In this document: positions 1 through 12,192 of the stretch, in pieces | Layout of the letters: each line of letters begins with the position of its first letter | How positions within the stretch are numbered: the stretch's first letter is position 1 | DNA from: Pelomyxa schiedti | Lineage: Eukaryota; Protista; Evosea | NCBI GenBank assembly: GCA_020536535.1 | Contig: JAHLWZ010000983.1 | Coordinates: 1 to 33,408, forward strand | DNA length: 33,408 nt | Reading direction: 5' to 3' | Program-made: the position numbers and the translations under genes | The notes under the pieces: generated by a model | Databases searched by the model: none | What the model was told of the DNA's origin: nothing | Seen by the model: only the letters and a program-made list of their open reading frames with translations

Positions 1-365
1 CTGATCGGCGCTCCACTTTGCGTTTTTCGCAGCTGTCGCAGCTTTTTTCGCGGATTTGATCAAATCTGATCGCTGTCTTCTAACCTAACCCGCTAAACAA
101 CAAAACTTTATTTCCATTCTAGAATTTTTCGAAGGTGGGGGGGGGGTCTAGAAGTGCGCTCCCCATTGGATATGGTGAATTAAGCGTACAGGGCCCTCCC
201 TAGGGTGCCAAAGAAGCCCAGGCACCAACCATAACTAGTACAGCGCCAGTGACATTAAGGAGCAGGCCAGATACGAACAGTACCGGGACACAGCAGCGGG
301 TACGTTTGTATGTTTCGGCACTAGTGAGGACTGAATTAAACTCAAGTTGGAAGAGGTAAAAATAG

Positions 366-1689
<1,324 letters not shown>

Positions 1690-1997
1690 AGTACCCTGCA
1701 TACAAAACTATGTACAGACAACAACCAGAGACCGACGATGGCTTCCATTGAGCGATATGCGGAAAGGTAGGAGTCTTTGTAGAATGTGGTAAGCACAGGG
1801 TTCTATATCCCCTCCTCTCGTTCTATGGTGTGCCACTGGTTTGGCCACCTGGAAACAGGTCGAGTTGGGGAAAAGGACACCTATTACCTGCCATGACACA
1901 CTCCTTTCCGCGCTCATTGTTCCTCATTGTTTTGTTTCTGTTTGTTGGGCAGTAAAACTAAGAAAAAAAAAGCTTCATGTGAATTCAATTTTTCCAC

Positions 1998-3379
1998 TTA
2001 GTAAGTGGAACTGAACTTATATAAGACAAAAGGGTTTCTAATACACAAGCCAGTGTCAGCTGCACAGGCTTTAGAGCGCTGTCCCACTGATGGCCCAGTC
2101 TCACAAGGAGTGGACTGGTTGGGAGTGAGAGCTTCATGTAACTGTTGTAACAGATTTGTGTTGCTTACTGTAGCGGTTCGCATATCTTGGTCTGGCTGGG
2201 TGGTGGGCACTTGTTTGCGGATTTGCAGTCCAACCGAAGGTGGAGTCGTTGTCTGAGGTTTGGGTATCTGGCCTGTCTGTGGTTTTGTGTTACTGGTTGG
2301 TGGCCGTTTAATGGGTGATTGCACTGAGGTGATGGGCGAATACCCTTGGCACCAACCAACCATTTTTTTCCGTGATTGAGGCGGCACCCGGCTCACCAGC
2401 CTTTGTTGAGGGCTAGCGTGATGTCCTTCAACCAACAGAGGAAGTGCAGAACTAGAAGCTGAACCCATAGTGGGAGCCGAACTGGAAGTGGAAGCGGAAG
2501 TGGAAGTTGAAGCGGAAGCAGTACCGGCAGCGAAAGTGGGAGCAGAAACCGGAGTGGAAATGGGAGTGTGAGGGGGAGTGGATGTGGATGTGGATGTGGA
2601 TGTGGATGTGGATGTGGATGTGGATGTGGATGTGGATGTACGGGGCCGCTTTGCAAGAGGTGCACAGGGAACATCGTTGGTCCCTGTAACAGCAGGGATT
2701 TGCTGAACAGCGGGAATGCCAAATTGGTGCAGTGCCTCACCCTCATCAGGAAAAGGAGGATCCGTCACTGTAGTGGACAGTGACATAAATTAAAGTGGGC
2801 AAAAAAAAAAAAAAAAAAAAAAGCCCGACCTAAATACAGTTCTGTCCTATAGCAAATTCCGTCAAGTGTCAAATAAAGCCCAAGCACCAAGCTTCCCTCA
2901 CTCCTCCTTGGTCGTGTACCGCACGGCCTTTCTTCAATCGTGGATTCATTTACCAAGAAGAAATTTCCAGTTCCTAGGGGAACTCCATCTTCCAAAGCCA
3001 TGCACTCACCCAGAGTCTCCAGTGTTGGATTACGGCGGTATGACGGAATAATGACATATCCGTTGGCTAGTTTCAAGGCCTTGAATGGCCTTGTTGCATC
3101 GTAGTCGGGACTGTTGCGGAATTCCAGGACTTTGGTGGCTGGCAGGCAATAGAACCGCGTGTTTTGTTCTTCGGGAACATAGATGCGGCGTATCGTGTCT
3201 CTTTCGGGAACGTCGAGGTCTGCCGTCAAGGCGTGGGTGTATCGGACAATGTCCTCCTCATCGGGGAGTTTTTCCCAGGTCCTGATGAGCTTGTCTAGTT
3301 TAGAGGGAGTGAATCCAGCTCTGTGCATTTGCTCTTTTATGCCCATTTTATGGGCACGGGGGTACTTGTTTCCTGGCAT
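1998..3379 (-). CDS. Hypothetical protein: N-terminal globular region plus S/T/P-rich low-complexity C-terminus
   Basis: ORFs 3379-2765 and 2786-1998 join in frame through a phase-1 GT-AG intron at 2829-2768 (gtcggg...poly-T...ctacag). No family recognised. A further 3' exon near 1720-1960 is possible. Confidence 0.6.
2578..2637. repeat. (GTGGAT)10 microsatellite encoding a poly-(Ser-Thr) tract on the minus strand
   Basis: Ten perfect hexamer copies read directly from the sequence. Confidence 0.95.
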
Positions 3380-3742
3380 CTCGGATTGTCAGTCTTGGGG
3401 ATGGTTTTGTTGGTTAGTGTGTCGTCCGGCTGACGTTGTTTCGCGCGACGCGGCTTGTTGTAATGAGGGAAAAAAAAAATCCTGTTGGTTCCTTAAAAGG
3501 TGAACGCTGGCGGACAAGTTGTACGAAAATCGCTTCCTGTTGTGGGCTCTTTCAGAGAAGAGGTCTTATTCCAGTACGCTTGCACCGACTTGGTTAACAG
3601 TACCTGGGCTAGTGTGGAACGAAAGGGCAAATTTTGCTTTCAGGAACCGAACAGCTCCTCGGGTGTTGTCTCACGGGACTTGGAGCATGATGATCAATCT
3701 GCTTCGTTAATTTGTCTCCCCGAGTACCACAAACAAAGACAC

Positions 3743-6700
3743 ATGTCGTACCGCAGGAAGAAGAAGATCGGGCCCGACACGTACAACAGCTACTTCGACC
3801 TCCACGAGTTGTTCTTCGGCCGGCGCCTGTCCGACAAGCGCGGCGCGTCCCTCATCGACATAGTGGAGCGCGACTTCGACCCGGCGTTCGTCGCCTTCAG
3901 CGTCGCCGCGGCCCCTGTGAACAACCGCGGCATGCGCGTGTCGTCCCGCGCCCCCGACGACCTCACGTACGAGATGTACCCCTTCATGCGCGCCCTCGTG
4001 CCCCGCTGCCTCACCTTCGTGTGCGCCCCGGCAGATCGCGTGTGCCGCGCCCGCGGCATCGCCCCGTCCGACGTCGTCGCCATCAGCGGCGTCGGCGGCG
4101 GCGCCAGGGGCCGCTCGTCCACAAAGGACCCCCACAGTGGCGACGACGATGATGATGAGTGTGTCACGAATGTGGCGACTGCAGCGGCGACGATTGCTCA
4201 TTGTGGGACCGGGACCGGGACCGGGACTGGGAGTGGTAGGGCTGCTGATGTTGTTGGTGTTGGTGTTGTTGTTGATGATGATGATTCTGCTGATGGTGTT
4301 GACACTGAGGTGCAGAAGACTAGTGCAACAACTTTTGGATGTGCTACTGAGAGTGGGAGTGGTACGAGCTCTGCTGCCGCCAGCGCGACGTCACCTGCTA
4401 CAGCTTCGAGCTCTGCGGCGTCTGATCAAGCTGACCACAAGCTACCACGTGGCAAAAAGGGCAAACAGGCTGCCAAACAAGCGGCTTCGACTGCTCCAAA
4501 GACAGCCTACACGCTGACAATATCGGCTCCTCCAAGCTCCGCTACTGAGAAACACACAAAACAGTCAATAGCAGAAGGTGGCAAACCGTCGAGTTCAATA
4601 CGTTCGGCAAGGGGTTTGATGGTTGTTGGTAAGGTTCAGGGAATGCCAAAATTCACCGGACTCAGTACTGATGAGGAAGGCAAGTATGAAGTGTTGAGAT
4701 GAGAAGTCTCACATGAAATAGATGAATCAGAGACACCCAACAAACGAAGTGTCAATCACATGTGCAATCGGCAACTTATCCAAAGAGCTTCTCATTTCCT
4801 TGTTACCACAAAAGCCAATGGGAAAGCTGCTGTGATAACCGCCTTTGAGTTCGAGGGGAAATTATACTACATTTTGGGTTCCAAGAATGTGCATGTTGTA
4901 GTCAGTGCTTCAGATCTATCTAAGATGACTGCTCATGTAAAAAAAAATATTCCACCTCAGCAGAGTTATGTTTTCTGAACACGCTTAGGTTCCAGCGGAA
5001 AATAAGTTGGCTGTTGGAATAAGCCAAGTTATCACACGTCATTTCCTTCAATTAGAGAATGGCCAGCTCCATGTCTCTCCTCATACAAGTGTATTGTCAA
5101 TCTAACTCTCTTTCCAGAAGCTTAACAGACTCCTCCTTACACACACGTTATGTGGGGAGTATGAAGATGGAGAACACATTGTGCCACATCCAGGTTCACC
5201 AGGTAGCCTCTGATTAGCACCTTGTTTTAAGTGGCTATTTACCTCTCTGGCAGGGATCAGTTGGTTCGCCTTAGTACCAAAGCAAGGTGATATTCCTGGT
5301 GAATCCTGTGATCGATTATCTGCACTTGAGACTCTGAAATCCTTTGGGTTACCAACCGTGAATTTTGCCCTGCACCCAAAATCCGATCTATTGCAAGAAT
5401 TTGTAAGATTACGGCGAACACCTCACATGGAGGGTGCTGTATGATTTTATGGACTCTGTGAAGCTTTAAGAGACACCAACCAGGTAATTGACTTCATGGT
5501 AAGCAAACCAGATGGTGGATATTCAGTAGTCGAAACTGTCAAATTTAAGAGTGTTTGGTATTAATCTTCAGTTGGATTTTCTTCCGCCTACAACCTATTA
5601 GGTATGTGCTAACGAGATCTGTCCGAGAGATACTACGTTTCACATTAGCACCCTTCAAAACAAAGGTACACAATAGGCCACCCATTGTTTTACTGACTGC
5701 TTTTCTTAGTCTATGTCAAAAGAAGCACAGATTTCGGAGGTGATGCAACGCATCAATAAAACTATCAAAGCACGCTCTAGTGATTTCCTCCATTTGTCGG
5801 TACTGAGGTGCCATTCTGCTAGCAGACTTACCTTTCTTAGCCGGAAACTGTGGAGTCTTATCTGGACTTATACCGAGCATTCGTTTCATGGTTCATACGC
5901 AAGAGATATGACGGGAGCACGATTAACAGAGATGGCACCTTCCTACCTAGTTCCAATAAACCTCTAACATTTCGGTCAGGACTGGCTGTCCACTGGTCCG
6001 AATTCCTACAGGTGCTATTGAATCGTTTTGTTATCCCAATTGATGGTACTTTAGGAAACAAAAATAAGCGATGTCATTGATTCGGTGGAGGTACTATGAC
6101 CGCTCTTCTCGTCATAGTTTTAGTCTCAACAGGTGGACACCCAAGAGCTTATTCGAGATATTGACCCAGCAAGCATCCCCACTGTGGAAGTCCATGAAGT
6201 AGCTACAACAACAGCCACTACATCAACGACCACGTCATCAACAGCCGCAGCAGAAACCGTGCCGCCTTCTGAACTATCATCAAAGTTAGAGGCAAGTCAT
6301 AAACCAACTGAGGAAATCCCCACACAAACTGAGAGCAGTTTCCTCGCTGACATTCATGTTGAAGAAGGAAAACCGCCTTCTAACACCACACCACCGCCAA
6401 GTGACCCTAAGAAATCTGCTGGAGCTGCAGCAAGGAAAGAAAAGGCTTCCTCAAAAAAACATAAATTATCTCTTCCTGTAGTGCCACCACGCCTTGTTGT
6501 CTTAACTCATGGAATACCAGGTATTCCTTCCACCTGTAGAATAGTTTCCTCATTACCCATCTTTTTAGCTGATGGGAAAAGCACCAGAGCGCAGTTCATA
6601 TCTAAAGAACTACAAAAACGTGGTATACAGTCCCAGGTCATTGAGCAAGACCAATTTGGGGGTGACGCCACACAAACTTTGCATAGTTTCTCTGAAATCC

Positions 6701-8066
6701 TGCAAGACCCAAGAAACCAAGTTTGATTGTTTACGATTTAATTGCACCTAAACAGTTTTTCAGGTTGTAATTTTGTCACGATGCAATAGCTCCCGGCAGC
6801 AGTACGCCAAATATCTTGGTAAATGGTTCACTTCTTAAGTCTTTCACTTGGTTTTTATTAATAATAGACATTGCCCGTGGCCATGGAGCCGTTATAGTCG
6901 GCATTATGCCTCGAGAAATTATGTCTGAAAAACTATTACTTGTGCCACCTCCTGTAATATCTCCTCTTCTAAGACATTCCAGGTTTGTTTATCCAGTCTA
7001 TTAGCGAGAAAAGGTCATGCTACGATGACAATGGATGATGATGCTTCAGGAGCCAAGTTCGTTCTGAAATAGACTCTGCTCGTTACCAAAATTACCACCC
7101 TCTACAGGAATATAATGGTTACAATGTCCTTCAGAGCCGTATTCACCAAACCTTCCGTGGGGAAGGATGTGGATGAACTGTGTGCGTTCCAGGCAATTAC
7201 AGATTTCAAAGTGGAACAGTCAATCGCTTCATTTCTTCAGCAGTATATTCTCGAGGCAAAGAAAAAGCCGTTTGGCACTGCAATAATACCTCTTAATGAA
7301 GTCAAGCGCAGTACTGGTATACCCACTTTAGAAAGGAGCTAGTTACCCTTACCCTGTTCCAAGGTCTGGATACTGTCGACTACCAGCAGTACCGTTTACC
7401 TCTCGAGGAAGTAGCCTTACCCCTAGTAGAACGGATTATTACCTATAGAAATACTATACCTCCAAAGCTACCAACTCCAACATGTTTTCTTCCTTACTTT
7501 GCCATCCACTGACACAATAATAGACTTGGCAGTTCTTGTTCCTGAAAATATAAAAGAATCCTTGAAGCAATTGTGTTGCCAACGGGGATCCATGAGTAAC
7601 ATTGATATGTCCTTGAGTGTATTTTTCTCCTTTAGTATTTACTTTTTTGAAAATTCCTTTAGGATTGGTATGGCTCGCACGTAACTCTTGTCCATAAAAA
7701 CAACAGCACCACGCACTCTACTCACTGGGAGAAAGCATTGCACGGAAATATGATGTGCACCGAGCTTACCGTTCAAACTGAAGCAGTTGTAGCCACAGCC
7801 GCCGGTGTTATTGGGATATGCGTGCAGCTTCGTAACAGTGATGGCTCCGACGCATCAAACTATGTTGCCTCTGGAGTACCGCATATCACAGGGTGTGTCT
7901 CTCCACTTTACTGTAATGATAATCACGGACTAACAGGTTCTTACCGTGCGGAATGAAACCGGTTGACACAATACAAGCAATCGTGGGTGCTAAACCTGCC
8001 GAAAAATTCAATATTCCCCCAGAGAAGAGGTTATCATGGACTGGCACAGTTAGCGTTATGCTGTGA
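3743..8066 (+). CDS. Trl1/RNL-like tripartite RNA ligase: ATP-dependent RNA ligase + polynucleotide kinase + 2H cyclic phosphodiesterase (multi-exon)
   Basis: Spliced translation shows ligase motifs TTKANGK (motif I KxNG, ~4805-4825), GSKN, TLCGEYEDGEHIV, MEGAVID and VKFKSVWYVLTRSVRE. It then shows P-loop HGIPADGKST (split by intron 6521-6568), EQDQF, SRCN and RKGH, followed by 2H motifs HVTL (7678) and HITG (7882). Stop TGA at 8064-8066. Confidence 0.85.
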
Positions 8067-8218
8067 TTACTTTTCACTTTCACCTAATGGAATGTACCAA
8101 CCACTTTTAAGTTAAGAGAACAGAAAGAGAAAAAAAGTGTTTTCCAAAAAGACCAAAAATCTTTTTTCTTTCCTGAAAATTTCCAAAACTTATACTTACA
8201 AGTAGGTGCCTCCAAGCG

Positions 8219-9461
8219 TCAGGGGAAACCGACGACGAAGCCACGGTGCTGCTCAGCGCCCGTGCGGCGATGATGGGAGTGATGGGACACGCTGCAGGAC
8301 TGCAAATGCGTACCAGACTGAGTAATAGCATTTGCCTTGAAAGGGTAGTCCGGCACCTGAGGAACGAGAAGGTTGGGAGACAGAGGGGAATGCGAGGGGC
8401 TGAGAGGAGCAAGGCGGCGAGGGAGATTATGGGACGAATGGCCCGGGGATGGGCAGGGAAGGGAGAGGTCAATACGTGGGGGCCTGGTCATTATGGTGAA
8501 GCGTGGATTGGGAAGGCTGAGTTCGTGTGTGTGCGGGAACATGGCATCAGCCGGGGTGAGCAATTGGCGGCTGGGGGCGGTGCTTGTGGTGGAACACTTG
8601 GCTGTGGAGTTGAGGAAAATTGTGGGATTTGCGGGATGTGCGGAGTTTGCGGTGCTATTATTGTCGGCTGTGCACAATGAGGTCACCGCTTTCTGGGAAG
8701 GGATTATGGATGGGAGGTGATGGGGGTCATTTGGAGCCAATTTTCTGGTGTGGTGGCTAGTGTGTACCTTGTTTCCAGAGCGGTGGGTTCCGCGTGGAAC
8801 AGGAACGGTGAGTTTCTGGGGCGTATAGAACAAGGATACGAGAGCAGACAGGGAAATGGACTCTTGGTGATGAAACATGCTCTCTAGTTCAATCAACTGG
8901 GAAAGGTACTCAATAGGTGGCTCGGCCACCGGAAGAATCTTCTTCACGAATTCAGAAGCCGACTTCAGGGTTTGGCCGTCGGCAATAACCAAGTAAGCTA
9001 ATGCTACAATTACACTATTTTCCCTCCCACTGTGATAAGAAACACAAAGTTAGGACTACATAAATTTGGAAAGTAAATTTCACTCACGTGAGACAGTGAA
9101 CCAGGGTGACGGCAATGGGACTTTGGTCAATAAAGTCAAAACAAGTTGGAAGCACATCCCACAAGTCGGAGGGCGACCCACGAGCTACAGAAGGTTTGTC
9201 ATTCCCGATACTCTCATAATTTACATGATCAACCAAGGCCCAGGACGACGACTTGGGAGAGGAAACATTATTATGGCACTTGAATGTGGGGCCCATTGGA
9301 GTAAACTGAAAATACAAGCCATGGCGAACAAGGGAGGTGTTGGCACGTGCATCGACACAAAGGAGCTGAGAGACCGTGTTCATTTGGAGACTCATTGTGG
9401 AACTTATTGCTGATACATCTCCCACAAAAAGCTTCTTTGGTATAATACACTGGAGGAGCAT
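8219..9461 (-). CDS. Dual-specificity phosphatase-fold protein, probable pseudophosphatase (CX5R changed to CX5N)
   Basis: N-terminus MLLQCIIPKKLFVGD resembles the DUSP IxxxLylG motif; also LPTCFDFID. After intron 9087-9030 it reads VHCLTGRENSVIVALAYLVIADGQTLKSASEFVKK...YLSQLIELE, then a low-complexity tail. Confidence 0.75.
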
Positions 9462-9979
9462 GGCCCCTTGTTTGTTGCCCGGGGACCTAGGTTGCTGTGT
9501 GCTTTTTTATTTATTTTTTTTTATTTTGTTGTTTGTTGTGTTGGTTTTTTTATCAGTGTGGTTGTTTTGGTTGCCTACCGAAACAATGGACCGATTGGGG
9601 AGGATTTTTGTTAAAGAGATCGCGGCTTGACAGATGATGTGTCATTCGTGGAACGAGTGTTGGTTGATAAAGTGGACGTAAAAAATCAGAAGCCCGGAAA
9701 TGGCTCCAGTGGACCGCAAGTTTCAGCTTTCTCCGAAGAGAACCTAAGATGCCTCGAAATGCCTGCCAAATTTCTCTGGATTGCAGGGACTGGGCCGTTG
9801 AGTCTATCTGCGAAAGGAAATTTCTTTTCTTTTGTTCTAATGTGTCTATTAGATTTTCTCCCTTTAAATACCAAAATCCCCAACAGATCTGCTTTCATTG
9901 CAAACAATACCACCGAAACAACTCGTGTACAAGCAAGTACTAAAACCAACAAACAAACCAACCAACAAACCTAGCAAGC

Positions 9980-12066
9980 ATGGCTGGCACTGCTCCTCCG
10001 CCTGCTCCTCCGCCTGCTTCTATGTCTCCCCAACAGACCATTGCGGAGCGTACGGCGTAATGTTAACTTTGTCAGACTCACAAGTTCGCAGGTGGATTTT
10101 GGGGTCGTCTGGTTTTAGCAACCGGGGTCGACCACCTGCCGAAGGGATACCCACTTGTTTTCCCAATAGCGGCTGGCGGGCCTCGTTTCACGATTGGGCG
10201 TGCATCTTCCAATAATCTTGTGCTGGATTTTCCTATCGTCAGCAGTGCTCATGCGAACATTTACCTGACAACTGCAAATGAACCATATTTGCAAGACACG
10301 AGGTGTCTGGCACTAAAAACAACAACAACAACAACAACAACAAAAAAAAAAAAAAGCTACCTGTCCTTACTCTTCTAGTATGAACGGCACAGAAGTACAA
10401 AATACCAAAGTTGCAAAAGGCGATTGTGTGAAACTTAGCTCTGGAAGCAGTATATCGATCTCTGTGAAGAAAGACCCAATAACTTCAGAAATGCATAGCA
10501 AGTATCCCGCAATTTGTTTTCTCTAATTTTAGTAGAGGTGTCATTCATATTTCACATTGGCAGCAGGCCAATTCCCCGAACACTTGGTCTCCGCTCTGAC
10601 GTGTGTACCGTTTTTGCTCTGACAAGGAACAATTAACTGGACTTAGGACCCAATATTCCTCTCATATGACCTTACGGAAACGGAACTGGGCAGAGGGAAT
10701 TTCGGCGTCGTTTATTTGGGGTTTTCGATAAGAAAGCAGGAATGGGTTGCTGTGAAGCTGATTGACTCCTCGAGGACAGACCCTGCTACTTTAAATCGAG
10801 AAGTTAACATCCTCATGAAAGTGCATCATGAGAATTTGATGTCTGCTCTCGATTTTTTTCAATCACCAAACAAGGCCTGCTTGGTCTTTGAGAAGTACCG
10901 CGTTTTAGTGTATTTGTTGCCACTTAACTAACAATTCAAAGGGCTGACGGCGGTGATTTATGCAGCTTCATACAACAGGTTGAGAACAAATTTTTGGCGA
11001 AATAAATACTTATGGACTGTTAGAGAGGCCACTTAACTGAACACCAATCCTTTCATTTTTTCTCCCAAATTGTCGAGGGCTTAGATGCCCTGCATAAGGA
11101 AAACATCATTCACAGGTAATTTATCCCTATAACTTATTCTATTCTAATTTTACACAGGGATCTCAAGGTTTGATTCTGGTGGGTTTTACCGGTTTTTTCT
11201 CACTTTTTTTACAGCCGGAAAATGTCCTTCTGAGAGCTAGGGAGGAGTACCCAGCGGCGAAGATAACGGATTTTGGACTCGCACGTACACTGGGTTTGTA
11301 ATGGTTTAAATGTCCTGCTACGTTTAACAACGAGCAGACGCTGGTAGCCTGGCCGCTCGGACACGTGTAGGTACGTTACAATATGTGGCACCTGAGATTT
11401 TGCTTTTGGGGAGTGGGGTTACCACTCAGTATGGCTATGAAGTGGATCTTTGGTATCTTTCCTTCTCCTGAGGCCTACACTTACTTCATTAGGTCGCTCG
11501 GTGCTATGCTGTTCGTAATGTAATAACAAACAACAAACACCAAACAACAAACACCANNNNNNNNNNNNNNNNNNNNNNNNNNNNNNNNNNNNNNNNNNNN
11601 NNNNNNNNNNNNNNNNNNNNNNNNNNNNNNNNNNNNNNNNNNNNNNNNNNNNNNNNCAAACAACAAACACCAAACAACAAACACCATACCAACAACGTAC
11701 AGGGTTACAGGTTCATTTCCCTTCAATGGAGCAGATGAAAATATCACTGAGACTCTCATTTGTATCTTTGTATTTCTTTCCGCCTTGCCTCTTACTTTTA
11801 TCAGTGGCAGGGAATTATAGTTGGGAGGGCAAGCCTGCTGTCTCTGCTGAAGGTTTATTCTCCTAGTGCTGTCAATTTATTCTAAACATCCTTCAGTCAT
11901 GGACCTGATCCGCCGCCTCCTTGACCCCAATCCAACAACTCGCATCACTCTTGACATGTTGAGGCAGCATCCATGGTTTGCTGGATTCCGCCGTGCCTTT
12001 GCAAACAACCACCCAGCAACCGTACCCCAAAGTCAAGGCAGAGGCGATGTAAGCATGTGGGGCTAG
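9980..12066 (+). CDS. FHA-domain Ser/Thr protein kinase (CAMK group, Chk2/Rad53-like architecture; multi-exon)
   Basis: FHA motifs FTIGR, IVSSAHA and DTSMNGT. Kinase motifs LGRGNFGVV, VAVK, HRDLKPEN, DFG, GTLQYVAPE, VDLWSLG and LLDPNPTTR...HPWF. One intron contains an N gap. Confidence 0.9.
11527..11685. repeat. Intronic 14-nt minisatellite (CAAACAACAAACAC)n spanning assembly gap 11557-11656
   Basis: The same unit is repeated on both sides of a 100-N gap. Confidence 0.8.
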
Positions 12067-12192
12067 TACCATCCCGCCAACAACTACCTGACCCCAATAC
12101 AATATGTTTCTGATAATACGTGCATGGAAATTTCCAGTGTTTTTTTCAAAACAATTTTTCTTTTGTTGCTTCGCCTCTACGAAAAAGTCCTT

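Noticed and set aside
4700-4702. In-frame TGA as selenocysteine or stop-codon readthrough in the ligase gene
   Set aside because: A 42-nt AG|GCAAGT...TAG intron removes it parsimoniously, and other genes here use TGA as a stop.
8107-8720. Overlapping plus- and minus-strand ORFs in the DUSP-like tail
   Set aside because: Shadow ORFs of a low-complexity, strand-biased coding region.
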